64,000 nt of DNA from Planktothrix sp. GU0601_MAG3 (GCA_035193785.1 CP136572.1:320001-384000); one strand, 5' to 3'. Counted from the stretch's first letter, positions 9,434 through 22,242 are shown. A program made the numbers and translations. The notes: a model not told the origin generated them from the sequence alone.

Positions 9434-12400
9434 ATGCTGTATCTTAATTGGAGACATTCAACAGTGGTTGCACAATACCCTGATACCTACGAAGCCAAAA
9501 CCCTAGAAATTGCTAAACAATTGCTGGCGGCGACTCAAGAGAAAAAGCGCTCCTTGTTTGGACAGTTGCAAGACCAAATGCGCTTAGATGATAAACTCCT
9601 CGACTGGACAATGGCAAACCCGGGTTTACGGGTGCAATTATTTCATTTTATTGACTGTTTGCCTGCGTTGCGGAGTAAATCTGAAATAGCGGCACACCTT
9701 CAGGAATATCTGACAACGGCAGAAGTCGAACTTCCCGATATGTTGAAAAAATTACTCAATTTTGCTAACCCTGACTCCGTGCCCGGACAACTGGCGGCGA
9801 CTACCGTAGCCCCGGCGGTGGAAACCTTAGCTCAAAAATATATTGCTGGGGAAAATATTCCCAAGGTAATTAGAACTTTAGAACAGTTACGCAAAGATAA
9901 AATGGCGTTTACTGTTGATTTATTAGGGGAAGCGGTAATTACTGAAACTGAGGCGCAGTCTTATCTAAATAATTATTTAGAATTGATGGAAAAACTCAGT
10001 GAGGCTGCTAAAAAATGGTCAAATATTCCCCAAATTGATCAAGCCGATGGGAACCCGATTTCTAAAGTTCAAGTTTCGGTTAAATTGACCGCTTTTTATT
10101 CCCAATTTGATCCTTTAGATGCTAAAGGGAGTGAAGAAAAAGTTGGTGAACGCATTCGTATTTTATTACGTCGGGCGCAGGAATTGGGGGCGGCAGTGCA
10201 TTTTGATATGGAACAATACGCCTATAAAGATTTAACCTTCAGCATTTTAAAAAATCTGTTGATGGAATCAGAATTTCGCAACCGGACGGATATTGGGATG
10301 ACGGTGCAAGCCTATTTGCGGGAGTCTCAAAAGGATTTAGAAGGGATTATTGAATGGGCGAAATTACGGGGATATCCGGTGAGTGTGCGCCTGGTAAAAG
10401 GAGCCTATTGGGATCAAGAAACGATTAAATCGATGCAGAATGACTGGCCCCAACCTGTCTATAATGATAAGGCTGCAACGGATGCTAATTTTGAACGGTT
10501 GACCCAATTGATGTTAGAAAATCATCAATATATTTATTCGGCTATTGGTAGTCATAATGTCCGTTCTCAAGCTAGAGCGATCGCGATCGCCGAAACCTTA
10601 AATGTGCCTAGTCGTGCCTTTGAAATGCAGGTATTATATGGCATGGGTGACCAACTGGCTAAGGCTTTAGTTCAGAAAGGATATCGGGTGAGAATGTATT
10701 GCCCCTATGGGGATTTATTACCCGGAATGTCCTATTTAATTCGGCGGTTATTAGAGAATACGGCGAATAGTTCTTTTATCCGTCAAAGTTCAGAAAATCG
10801 CCCGGTTGAGGAGTTATTATCTCCCCCCAAAGATAACCAGAATAGCAATATTTTCGATACCTGGAAACCCGTATTTCCTAATTCAGCCGATACCAATTTT
10901 TCTAATGCTGCTTTACGCGATAAAGGGGTGCGGGCTTTAGAAATTGTCCATAACCAATTGGGACAAACCTATAACCCGTTAATTAATGGTCAATATGTGA
11001 ATACCGCCCAAATGGTGGACTCGGTAAACCCTTCCAACCCTTCGGAAATTGTTGGGAAAGTCGGGTTAATTAGCGTTGAACAGGCGGAAACCGCTATTCA
11101 AGCCGCCAAAGCTGCTTTTCCCAACTGGCGGCATACTCCCGTGCGAGAACGGGCAGGTGTGCTACGCAAAGCCGCCGAACTGTTTGAACAACGGCGGGCG
11201 GAGTTCTCGGCTTGGATGGTGTATGAAGTGGGCAAACCCCTGCATCAGTGCGATGCTGAGGTATCGGAGGCGATTGATTTTTGTCGCTATTATGCCGATG
11301 AGATGGAACGGTTAGATCAGGGCTACCAGTATGATACTGCTGGAGAAACTAACCGTTATAACTATCAACCTCGCGGTATTTCTCTGATTATTTCCCCCTG
11401 GAATTTCCCCCTGGCGATACCCGTGGGCATGACGGTGGCATCTTTGGTAACGGGTAACTGTACGTTACTCAAGCCGGCGGAAGTGTCATCGGTGATCGGC
11501 GCTAAAATTACCCAAGTGTTAGTGGATGCGGGTGTGCCACCTGGCGTGTTCCAATTTGTGCCAGGAAAAGGCTCAACGGTGGGTTCCTACATGGTACAAC
11601 ACCCGGACGTTCACATGATTACCTTCACGGGTTCCCAGGAGGTGGGATGCCGGATTTATGCCGAGGCGGCACTGCTGAAACCCGGACAGAAACACCTAAA
11701 ACGGGTGGTTGCCGAAATGGGTGGCAAAAATGCCGTTATTGTTGATGAAAGTGCCGACCTTGACCAAGCGGTGGCGGGGGTGGTCTATTCTGCCTTTGGC
11801 TATACGGGGCAAAAATGTTCCGCCTGTTCCCGGGTGGTGGTGTTGGAACCTGTTTATCAGGCGTTTGTTAACCGTTTAACGGAGGCAGTACGGTCTTTAA
11901 ATGTGGGGGATGCGGCGTTATTAAGTACGCAGGTTGGCCCGGTGATTGATGCCAATGCTCAACAGAAGATTAAGGAGTATATTGAGATCGGCAAACAGGA
12001 GGCCGAACTTGCCATCCAAGTGGCTGCACCGGAAACCGGTTATTTTGTCGGGCCAACGGTTTTTATTAATGTTTTACCAACGGCAAAAATCGCCCAAGAG
12101 GAAATTTTTGGGCCGGTATTATCGGTGATTAAAGCTAAAACTTTTGAGGAAGCTTTGGATATTGCCAATGGGACTAATTTTGCTTTAACCGGGGGTTTAT
12201 ATTCTCGAACTCCCTCCCATATTAGCAAGGCTAAAGCGGAATTTGAAGTGGGAAATTTGTATATTAACCGAGGTATTACGGGGGCGATTGTTTCCCGTCA
12301 ACCCTTCGGTGGTTTCAAACTTTCCGGTGTCGGTTTCTAAGGCGGGGGGCCCAGATTATTTATTACAATTCTTAGAACCCCGTCACATCACAGAAAATAT

Positions 12401-12440
12401 TCAACGTCAAGGTTTTGCCCCCATTGAAGGGATGGAATAA
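9434..12440 (+). CDS. putA: Bifunctional proline dehydrogenase / P5C dehydrogenase, apparent frameshift at ~12332
   Basis: VRLVKGAYWD, RRLLEN, SPWNFP, EMGGKN, GQKCSACS, EEIFGP, QPFGG; tail SKAGGPDYLLQF in the next frame. Confidence 0.95.
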
Positions 12441-12557
12441 CCGCACCCTGACCCTCCCCTTACCAAGAGGAGGGAAGAAGATAAGGCGATCGCTCTTTTT
12501 AAGTTAAAGGGCGATCGCGCTATAATTAATATAAGATTATTGAGGAATTGAAAGAAT

Positions 12558-12842
12558 ATGAACCATAAACTCATCGATTCTTTAGTTCAAATAATTTCTT
12601 CATTAACACCAGAAGAAAGACAAAGATTAGAAGAAAAGTTGGCTAGTCAACACTCTTTAATTTTGATTAAAGATGATGCTTGCATTGGAATGGGGAAAGA
12701 TTGTGAGGATTTACAGAATTATAGTGAACCTAATGCTCAAGAATGGCTTCATGCAGTTGCCAACAATCCTGCCTTTGACTTTCTAAAAAACCCGGAAGAA
12801 GATATTTACACCATTACTGATGGAAAGCCGTTTTATGAATAA
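12558..12842 (+). CDS. Putative antitoxin partner of the downstream PemK/MazF toxin
   Basis: Small acidic protein ending NPAFDFLKNPEEDIYTITDGKP, overlaps toxin start. Confidence 0.65.
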   Translation: MNHKLIDSLVQIISSLTPEERQRLEEKLASQHSLILIKDDACIGMGKDCEDLQNYSEPNAQEWLHAVANNPAFDFLKNPEEDIYTITDGKPFYE

Positions 12843-13206
12843 AGGTAAAGTTGTATTAGTGCCTTTTCCATTTGATGATTTATCTGCAACAAAAGTCCGT
12901 CCTGCGTTTTGTCTTACTAATCAAATTGGGCAGTATAATCATATTATTCTGGCATTAATTACCAGTACAATTCCAACTAATATAACAGAATTAGATGTTT
13001 TACTAAATACTGATCACCCTGATTTTAATACCTCTGGGTTACACAAACCTTCAACGATCAAGTTAGATTTTGTAGTCACAGTTCGAGCATCTATTCTCTT
13101 GCGTGAACTCGGTCAATTATCCGAAGATACACAAGAGCAAATTACTCAAATCTACAACCGTATAAATACATCTTCTGCAAAATCAACTGTCTTAAAATTA
13201 AAATAA
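12835..13206 (+). CDS. PemK/MazF-family toxin
   Basis: KGKVVLVPFPFDDLSATKVRPA, ALITS, SGLHKPSTIKLD, ELGQL. Confidence 0.85.
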   Translation: MNKGKVVLVPFPFDDLSATKVRPAFCLTNQIGQYNHIILALITSTIPTNITELDVLLNTDHPDFNTSGLHKPSTIKLDFVVTVRASILLRELGQLSEDTQEQITQIYNRINTSSAKSTVLKLK

Positions 13207-13286
13207 GCATTTTTTTAAAGAGTGCCATTTTTTATAAAGCCGATGCTAGAATAAGGTAAATTAAAGAAGCAAATTGGAGAAGTATA

Positions 13287-13436
13287 ATGGTACAAAGAGC
13301 ATTAATAGCAATTGGGGCAGCTATTGTAGCGCCTCTTGCTGGATTATTGTCATTGGGAGGGATAGGTTTAACAGGTGGCATAACAATAGATATCACCTTA
13401 ATCGCTATTGCTATATACGTCAAGACTAAAGGGTAA
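13287..13436 (+). CDS. 49-aa hydrophobic glycine-rich peptide or gene remnant (not in ORF track)
   Basis: MVQRALIAIGAAIVAPLAGLLSLGGIGLTGGITIDITLIAIAIYVKTKG*, GGAG 7 nt upstream. Confidence 0.4.
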   Translation: MVQRALIAIGAAIVAPLAGLLSLGGIGLTGGITIDITLIAIAIYVKTKG

Positions 13437-13643
13437 CAAGATTTGAGTCTAGTAAGTTGGGTTGAACTATAGTGCAACCCAACACCAACACATTAAGAAA
13501 AAAACTATCAACATCCGTATAAATACATAAATTTGCTAATAAAGACTGTATTAAAAGTTAAATCTTAAATTTACTTGACGTTTAGATAGATTATAAATAA
13601 AATATAGATTGACCACCATTGATGATTAACCCGGGGTTTGATT

Positions 13644-14466
13644 ATGAATGCCTTTATAAAATCTGATTTAGAGTCTCTAAAAGACGAACAACTAAAAAAT
13701 ATTTTTAACAACCTTAATCTGATTAATGTTAATATTTTTCCAACTGAGAGGCAGAAAATGATAGATACAATTTACAGTTTTTTGCAAAACCATACCAAGT
13801 CTGTAAAAGGTCTTAAAAAGGTTGATGATCAAGATATTATTGATTGCTGGCAGGGCTACATAACCTCTCTTTTACAAAAAACACAGGAAAAAGATAATAA
13901 TTTAAAGAGAAAAAAAAACCTGATATTATCAGAAATTTATAAGATTGATACAGTCCCAGAAATTAGTGAGCAATTGGCAGCGATCGCACGCAGTATTTTA
14001 CTGTTTGTATTTCAATCATTAGGAGAAAAAGAGCAAGAACAATTAATCCAAAAAATTCAAGAGGAAACTTCAGTAAAATCTCATTTTAAGCTAACGGATG
14101 AAATATTAAATAAAGCTATGATAGAAGCTATTTTAGGTGGTGCTACCCCAGTGGCTTTAGGTGCTGCACTACCAATAGTAGCTGGTTTGTTATTTAACTA
14201 TTTATCAACGGGTTTCTTATTTACTGTTGTACTACCAACCATTTTAGGTGTATTAGGCATAAAATTGGCTGTATTTACAGGGGCTTTAACATTTATATCA
14301 GGCCCGATTGGATGGGGAATTGCTGGTGGTGTTGGTTTGGTTGCAACATTATTAGCAGGTTTCTAAGTTTTTTAAGCAAAGAGATGAAGTATTATTGATA
14401 ATGACGATACTTTCTATTTATACTTGCACCTATCAAAATCAAATGCCCACATTACCAGGAAATTAA
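13644..14466 (+). CDS. Hypothetical membrane protein with C-terminal glycine-zipper (YaaW-like), apparent frameshift at ~14358
   Basis: Helical N-terminus then long hydrophobic stretch with SGPIGWGIAGGVG; corrected frame ends 4 nt before the next ATG. Confidence 0.65.
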
Positions 14467-14470
14467 TAAT

Positions 14471-15427
14471 ATGAATAATATGTATGACCAGCTTTTAAAA
14501 CAATTTCCTCAACTGAATGATTTAGGAGAGGTAACGATTAATTTTGCCAGTGGTATTGCTAGAAATACTGCTACTAAGGAAATTATTGCTCACGCCGAGC
14601 AAATCTTAGCTTGTAGTGATGTGGCGACCTACGCGGAAATTGTACTATCGTCTGCTGGGACTATTATTGTTAACTCGATTGATATCAAAAAAACCTTGAA
14701 TCTTGTTAAACAAATTCATAGTTTATCTGGGATTAATATTGCTCTATCAGGAATGAATTTAGGCGTTAATCTAGTTGGTTATTATCTGATTAGCTCCAAG
14801 TTAGAAAACCTTGATAAACAATTATTTATTGTTCAAAATCAAATAGAAAGATTAATCAAAAATGAACAGCGTAAACTTTTATCCGAGAGTAAACTATTAA
14901 TCAAAAATTCATTAACCTTGATTCAGCTTTTAGAAGATTATGGGCTAAGTGAAAATACAGCTTTAAGCATAGAACTATTATTAGATAGACAGGAAAATCA
15001 TCTAAGAGAATTAATTAGCCTTCACAACAATCGGGATCAAATTAGTTTATCCCTAGATCAGATTTACATTATCTACTCAGCTTATATAAATTTATTCAAA
15101 GCTTATCTGACAGCGATTTACTTAAAACAGAAAAATCTAACTAAACAGAAAAATCGGATTCAAGAAGCTCGTGAAATTAATAATCTTTTATCATCTAAAG
15201 CCATTGTATATTTTATTTATCAAGAATGTTTATTTAATCCTCGAAGAATTTTAACTGAGTCAGAGATACAGGAGGTTATTACTTTGTATCAATTATATTG
15301 CCAGAGTTATGTTGATAATCTCAAAAATCATTATAGTTTTTTAATTAAAACTCCCTTGGATAAGTATCAAGATTTTCAGCAAAAAACCAATAATGCTTAT
15401 CAGCCTATGATTTGGATTAAGCATTGA
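14471..15427 (+). CDS. Hypothetical protein (hydrophobic segment followed by coiled coil)
   Basis: 318-aa ORF, AT-rich; INIALSGMNLGVNLVGYYLISSKLENLDKQL. Confidence 0.7.
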   Translation: MNNMYDQLLKQFPQLNDLGEVTINFASGIARNTATKEIIAHAEQILACSDVATYAEIVLSSAGTIIVNSIDIKKTLNLVKQIHSLSGINIALSGMNLGVNLVGYYLISSKLENLDKQLFIVQNQIERLIKNEQRKLLSESKLLIKNSLTLIQLLEDYGLSENTALSIELLLDRQENHLRELISLHNNRDQISLSLDQIYIIYSAYINLFKAYLTAIYLKQKNLTKQKNRIQEAREINNLLSSKAIVYFIYQECLFNPRRILTESEIQEVITLYQLYCQSYVDNLKNHYSFLIKTPLDKYQDFQQKTNNAYQPMIWIKH

Positions 15428-15745
15428 GTTATTGCACAAACACAATAACGATTAACCTTTAACCTGTTTATGATTATGTTTCTTTCAAACTGATCGAAAT
15501 TTGAAACTCTAAAGCATTTAAAACTTCAACAAAATTACAAATTAGCGTGTTCAGTTTTTAATCAAAGAATAGTTAAAATTGTTGAATACAAGCGTAAATC
15601 TGAGCAGAATTGCTTTATTGTAACCATGCAATCAAATTTTCTATGATATAATGCCAATAAAATCCTCAGTAGTGATGACCCCAAAAAACCAGAAAATTAA
15701 CTGTTGACCAGCAGTTCTAATCCCCAGACTTTCCATGATGGCTCT

Positions 15746-18700
15746 ATGAAGCACAAATGGCTATATCAGTTTCTCTCTCCGAATCGGCGGATTGTTCCCT
15801 ACTTAGTTCTGTTGGGTACTTTGATCCTGACGGCGATCGCCACCTATTATGTAGAATCAACAGCCTTTACCCAGGATCAGTTGCAATTTGAAGCCTCGGT
15901 TTCAACAGACAGAAAACCTAATTCGAGATCGAGTTAAAACCTATATTGCCTTACTCCGCGCTGGAAGTGGGTTATTTGCCACCCATGATCCCGTGGATCG
16001 AGAGACATTCCGCGCCTATATGGAACAATTGAAACTGCGAGCGGAATATCCTGGGATTCAAGGGATTGGGTTTACAATTCGGGTTCAACCCTCGGAAAAA
16101 GATCAATTAATTGCCCGGATGAAGGCCGAGGGTATCCCTAACTTTGCGATCCATCCTGATTATCCTCGGCCAGAATACAATGCCATCATCTACCTAGAAC
16201 CCCCAGATGAACGCAATTTGGCCGCCATTGGTTTTGATATGTTTACCGAACCTGTACGTCGTCGCGCCATGGAAAACGCCAGGGATGGGGGGGTTCCGGT
16301 GGCATCAGGGAAGGTTAAACTCCTACAGGAAATTGATGCCCAAAAACAAGCGGGTTTTCTCATCTATTTCCCCATTTATCGAGGTAATTCTACTCCCCCA
16401 ACGGTCACAGAAAGACGGCAGAAATTACTAGGATTTATCTATAGTCCCTTTCGGATCGGTGACTTCATGCAAGGACTGTTTGGGAGTCGTCCAAATGCTT
16501 TTATCGACTTTAAAATTTATGACGGTTTAGCGATTACTCCCTCCTGTTTCCTATACGATTCTAACCCCAGTCGTTTATCAGGGTTTAAGCCTCAATTTGA
16601 ACACCGAAAAATGATCTCTATTGGGCGACAAACTTGGACGATTGTTTATACTTCCCGTCCTGAAATTGATTTTAATTCCCAACGTCTGATAGCTCCCTAT
16701 ATTGCCTTAGTAGGAAGTTTTGTTGGTATTATCTTATTTAGATTAATGCAATCGCAAATTAAAGCCCGATATATGGCGGAAAAAACCGCAACGGAACTGA
16801 AGAAATCAGAAAAAGCTCTGCGAGATAGTGAAGCCCGATTTCAGGCGTTTATGGATTACAACCCAGCCGTAGCTTGGATTTGTGATTATCAAGGTAAGAT
16901 GTTATATTTCAATAAAAGTTATGCTCAAACCTTTAGGGTTTCCCCAGAATCCTTAGAATCCAGTATATTTGATATATTTCCCCCAGATTTAGCCTCTAAA
17001 TTCCTGACTCATATTTCGATTGTAGCTTCACAAAATCTGGTTTTAGAAGTTATTGAATCTTTGCCTCGACGGGATGGAAAAATCGGGGAATTTTTAATCT
17101 ATCAATTTCCGATTTGGGTAGCCGTCGGAGAACCCTTAGTCGGGGGTGTCGCCATTGACCGCACAGAAAGTCATCGAGCCGAAGCCTTATTACGTCGTTC
17201 AGAAGTCCAATATCGGACAATGGTAGAACAATCTCCCCTGAGTATTTTAATCCTATCATTAGATGGTTCGGTTCAGCGTGTGAATCGAGCCTGGGAGGAG
17301 CTATGGGGAATTAAAGGAGAAATGATTAAAGACTACAATCTTTTAAAAGATCAACAACTGATTGAAAATGGGATAATTCCCTATATTCAAAAAGGTTTAG
17401 CCGGGGAAACCGTAGTAATTCCTCCAATTTTATATGATCCCCATCAAAGCTTCCCAGGATTATCGAGTTATCGGTATGCTCAACGCTGGGTTGAGGCTTA
17501 TATTTATCCAGTGCGGGATGAGGTGGGTGAAATCCGCGAAGCCGTGTTTATCTATGAAGATATCACGGAACGTAAACACGCAGAAGAAGAATTACAAGAA
17601 AGTGAATCTTGGTTTAGAAACCCTGATTGAAACCACATTTGATGGAATTATTATTCATGAAAACGGCATTATTCTCGATGCCAATCAAGGGGCATATATT
17701 ATGTTTAATTATCCCTTGGGACAAATGATGGGATCTTCTTTTCTGGATTTGGTTACTCCCGCAAGTCAGGATTTAATTGTACAAAATATCAAAAACAACT
17801 TAGAAGCTCCATTGGAAGCATTGGGATTAAGAAAAGACGGTACAATCTTTGATGTAGAAATCATCGGTCGTTCCCAAATTTATAAAGGACGTCAAGTGCA
17901 AGTAACGGCCCTGCGGGATATTACTAATCGTAAACAATTAGAAGCTCAACTACTTACTCGGGCAGAGGATTTAATGGAAGCTAACCGCCTCAAAGATGAA
18001 TTTTTGGCTACCCTTTCCCATGAATTACGGACTCCTCTGAATGCCATTTTGGGATGGACACAACTGTTGATATCACGAGATTTAGATCAAGAAACATTTA
18101 ATCGGGCGACGGAAACAATTAATCGTAATACCCGGGCTTTATCGCAACTGATTGAGGATTTATTAGATGTTTCTCGAATTGTTAGTGGAAAACTGAATTT
18201 TAGCCCTAACCCGACTGCTTTAATTCCAGTAGTTGAAGCAGCAATTGAAACAGTACGCTCGGTGGCACAGGCAAAAAATATTACGATTGATCTTTCCTTT
18301 GATTCTGATATTGGAATGGTTCTGGCTGATGATAACCGTCTACAACAAGTGATGTGGAATCTATTGACAAATGCGATAAAATTTAGCTCAGAAGGAGGAC
18401 TAATTCAGGTCATAATTCATAAGTCTCAGGATCAAAATTCCCAGGAAACTGATAGTAATGGTGAAGCGGTAGAGTATGCAGAAATTCAAGTTATTGATGC
18501 CGGACAAGGAATTAGCAAAGACTTTTTACCCTTTGTCTTTGAAAGATTTCGTCAAGCCGATGGTTCAATTACTCGTAAACAGGGAGGGTTAGGATTAGGA
18601 TTAACCATTGTCCGCCATTTAGTTGAACTGCATGGGGGAAGTGTTACCGTCAATAGTCCGGGGCTAGAAAAAGGGACAGTATTTACCATAAAATTACCCA

Positions 18701-19182
18701 TAATGACACCAGAAATCTTAAAATGTTATCAGCATCTTCAAGGGGGTATCGATGACTATAATTTAATGTTTGAGAGTTGTTTGAAACTCAAAGGAATTAA
18801 AATTTTAGTGGTTGATGATGAAGTGGATGCTCGAGATTTAGTCGCCCATCTTTTAGAAAATTGTGGGTCGGATGTGATGACTGCTGGGAGTGAAGAAGAA
18901 GCCATTAATATCTTTAAAGCTAATAATGCCCAATCTCCCTTTCATATTTTAATTAGTGATATTGGACTATCGGGGGGAGATGGTTATTCATTATTACGTC
19001 AAATTCGTTTACTACCCCCAGAGGAAGGAGGGCAAATTCCCGCTTTAGCACTGACCGCTTATGCTAAAGATGAAGACCGTCAAGCCGCATTCTCCGCCGG
19101 GTTTTATGCCCATTTAGCTAAACCCGTAGAACCCCATGAATTATTGTTTACTATTGCTAATTTAATTGGAATTATTGGATAA
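15746..19182 (+). CDS. CHASE-PAS hybrid sensor histidine kinase with receiver, apparent frameshifts at ~15898 and ~17617
   Basis: CHASE (YPGIQGIG, YLEP, AIGFDM), PAS repeats, FLATLSHELRTPL, NLLTNAIKF, GLGLGL, receiver VVDDE/ISDIG. Confidence 0.9.
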
Positions 19183-19190
19183 TAGGATAA

Positions 19191-19246
19191 ATCAGTCATC
19201 AGTTAACAGTTATTAGTCATCAGTCATCAGTTATTAGTCATCAGTC
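19191..19246. repeat. Degenerate heptamer tandem repeat (ATCAGTC/ATCAGTT)
   Basis: About 8 imperfect copies right after the kinase stop. Confidence 0.8.
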
Positions 19247-19292
19247 CAGACAAGAAAATGGGTAATGTATATAATCAGGAGATTTTAAGCAA

Positions 19293-20190
19293 ATGTTAAC
19301 TTTAGAAACGCTATTTGATGAAGAATTTTATCTGGCTCAATATGCTGATGTGGCTCCAGCGATTGAAAGGCGAGAATTTCGGAACGCTTTTGATCATTTT
19401 GTCGAGGAAGGTCAATTTTTGGGTTATGAACCTAATGGTTTATTTGATAGTCAATATTATCAGCAAGGAGATCCTGAACTCTTGAATCAAATCAAGGAAG
19501 GATTTATTACACCTGCGGAACATTTTATTGATTTTGGTCAATTTCAACCCCGTTCTCCTAATCCATTATTTGATCCAATTTATTATTTAGAACGATATCC
19601 CGATGTAAAAGCGGATTTTCTTCAAGGCAAAATTAATCCGTTTGAACATTTTTTTCTCTATGGACAATATGAAGGACGCAATCCCAGTATTGCTTTTGAT
19701 ACCAACTTTTATAAAACTCGATATCCCGATGTCTTATCTGAGATTGAATCCGGGCTATATAATACATTTTTTGAACAATTTTGGAGGCAAGGAATAAAAG
19801 AATCAAGACTAGGGACTGATCCCGCTTTTAAAGACGACCTGACCCAAGCCATTAATGTAGATGTATTATTAGGACAAAAAACCATTGTCGGCTTAATTGA
19901 TGCCGCCAACCCCGTCGATATTTATGAGTTTATTATTCCTAATTTTAATAGTAAAATTAGTATAGTTATGAATCAAATGAAAGCCAATTTAGACTTGGAT
20001 TTGATTTATGATTTGAATAACAATCAAGCTGTTCAAAGCAATGAAATTGTTGCTAGTTTCCGCTAATTTAGGTCTCACCCCAGAATCGATTAAATTAGAT
20101 CAATTACCCGGTGGAACCTACTTTCTGCGAGTCTCTCCCATGGACGGAAGCACCCATTATCTTTTAAATTTATCGGCTACCCCAATTTAA
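19293..20190 (+). CDS. Protein with FDxxxYLxxYPDV repeats and C-terminal PPC-like domain, apparent frameshift at ~20055
   Basis: Repeated FD.(F/Y)YL..YPDV / HF...GQ.EGR.P units; DIYEF...ADLDL-like, GTYFLRV tail. Confidence 0.75.
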
Positions 20191-20316
20191 GTTTATTGTT
20201 GCCCTTGTTGTTGGGATGGATGCCCTTTTAGCAGGGGTACTCATCCCAACAATATAGATGGATCAATTTCGTGTTGATCTAGCAATCAAGGTTGGGGGAT
20301 TCAGCCTGTCAAATCC

Positions 20317-20472
20317 TTAGACTATACGCCGGCCAGTCAGTAGGTTGTAGACAATAGCAATCAGTGCCAAAACCAAAAGAATATGGATTAAGCCCCCTCC
20401 AACATTAACTGAGAATCCTAATAACCACAGGATGAGTAGTACACCAGCGGCACTCCAGATGATATTAGACAT
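20317..20472 (-). CDS. lmo0937/DUF5670-like small membrane protein (not in ORF track)
   Basis: MSNIIWSAAGVLLILWLLGFSVNVGGGLIHILLVLALIAIVYNLLTGRRIV*, AGGAG RBS. Confidence 0.8.
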   Translation of the reverse strand: MSNIIWSAAGVLLILWLLGFSVNVGGGLIHILLVLALIAIVYNLLTGRRIV

Positions 20473-20507
20473 ATTTTCTCCTTCGATTGAGATAAAATTT
20501 AATGACG

Positions 20508-20945
20508 TTATTTGGTCGGTGATTCTGGGCTAAATAGATCACGAACATCAGCTTCTACACCTTTAATGGCTTCACGGTCTTGCTTTGCTGCGGTGGTAGT
20601 TTTTCCACCCGGGTTGTAATCAGGGTTTTTAATACTATCAAGAATCCCCTGTTGGGTATTAGCATCAAATTGCCGATCGCTTTGAACAACATCGGTTTTC
20701 AGATCATCTGTCATGTTAGCGATCGCTTCTTGGGCTTTATCCTTAACATTACCGATCATTTCTTTCGCCTGATCCATGATCGCAACCTGAGTCTGCGGTG
20801 AATTCATGCCTTGGGTTGACAAAGTTGCAGCCCAACTTTCTCCCGATGCCAAACTAAGGACGAGGGCAGTGGTGAAGAAAAAAACCATGCCAATAGACAG
20901 CAAAAATTTACGAAGGTTGCTAAACAAAATCACGTTAATATCCAA
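20508..20945 (-). CDS. Hypothetical exported protein with CsbD/LEA-like segment
   Basis: Signal-like hydrophobic stretch then AKEMIGNVKDKAQEAIANMTDD. Confidence 0.6.
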   Translation of the reverse strand: MDINVILFSNLRKFLLSIGMVFFFTTALVLSLASGESWAATLSTQGMNSPQTQVAIMDQAKEMIGNVKDKAQEAIANMTDDLKTDVVQSDRQFDANTQQGILDSIKNPDYNPGGKTTTAAKQDREAIKGVEADVRDLFSPESPTK

Positions 20946-21163
20946 AATATTTTTGATGTCTCGTAACTAAATGAGTTTTTTATTTGTTGGTAGATCTACC
21001 AACAAATATTTATGTTCAACTGGGGCAAATTATCAAGACTCTCTGGTAAAAGTCAGCTAACGGAAATTTCACACTATTTTAGGTGTTCGGTTTTATCATT
21101 TTTACCATCATCTGAAACCGATCTTAGGTCAAAAACGGTAGAACTGAAGGTTCAAACAGTCTT

Positions 21164-21346
21164 TTAGTCCAGTTTGGCTTTGACTTCATCTTTCACATCT
21201 TCAGTAGTGTGAAGAACTTTTGCCTCAACCTGTTTTTCCTTGCCTTCTAACTGATCTTTAGGATCGCCAGTTACGTTACCTACGGCTTCTTGAACTTTAC
21301 CTTCGATATTTTTGGCGGTTGCCTTGGCTTTATCTTTTAAACTCAT
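21164..21346 (-). CDS. CsbD-family stress protein
   Basis: MSLKDKAKATAKNIEGKVQEAVGNVTGDPKDQLEGKEKQ. Confidence 0.85.
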   Translation of the reverse strand: MSLKDKAKATAKNIEGKVQEAVGNVTGDPKDQLEGKEKQVEAKVLHTTEDVKDEVKAKLD

Positions 21347-21545
21347 AATGCGTTCCTTGTTGAATTTGTTGAATCTGATATTTACTAATCTGAGCAGAAT
21401 TAACAACTCTAATAAATTTCATACTCGCATTGTAGTAGTATTTCTATCAAAAAATCACAATTTTTGTCAATTAAGGGAAAAGATATACCATTAGGAATAG
21501 AACCTCATCCCTTCCCAGATGGAATCCAAATTCCCAGGTCTGAAA

Positions 21546-22110
21546 GCAGCCGATATTGTTTATAACAGTGCAATGGGAGGATTATTCCACAATCAAAATT
21601 TTACGGACGCAGATTTTTGCATCGGAGGTCAATTCCTAACCTTAACCAATAAACCTACCTTAACAGCTAGTCAATTTCTTATTAAAGCATGAATCTAACT
21701 GCTTTTTGTAACGTTTAGTAACAAATTCAACCCAGAGTCAAAATCAGACTATATAATTTCCACTAAAGGCTCACGGGGACAGTTGGACATAATCCGATCC
21801 GTGTGATCGCTGTCCGGTTTGTTTTGTACCCTCGTTTCAGGGAGCCTTAGTTGCTGAACGTGTGATTGATGTCGGAAGTCCATTATCAGTAAGGGAGCCG
21901 AGTCGTCATGGAGACGAAAGAAGATAAGGATTTGGAATTGGAGCCGTCACAACCTCCTCATGTCGCGTCGGGAGGTGTGGAAGTGAAGTTGTCACAACCT
22001 ACTAGCTTCGCCCCGGGTCGTGTGATAGTCAAATTGTAAGAACGATCCCCGGTTTGAATACAGAGGGTCGGATTATATCATCACCCTTGAGTATGTCCAG
22101 AAACCACTTA
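21546..22110 (+). pseudogene. Degenerate relic: RTX-protein 3' tail, spacer and 5' fragments of a subtilase paralog
   Basis: 21546-21691 resembles tail 29798-29943; 21692-22035 resembles 29944-30285; 22040-22105 resembles 30427-30492; truncated by stop and deletions. Confidence 0.8.
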
Positions 22111-22242
22111 GATAATGACTTTGATTTAGTGTATCAACGTCTGCTCAGTGCCTGTCGAGGCTTGATCTAAGGCTAGAGTGAATAGCATTTGTACCAAAGT
22201 TTATTCCCACAAGTTCATTGTGAGTACAGGAGTAGAATCGTC

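Noticed and set aside
13232..13477. 81-aa minus-strand ORF
   Set aside because: Shadow of the more plausible + strand hydrophobic ORF 13287-13436
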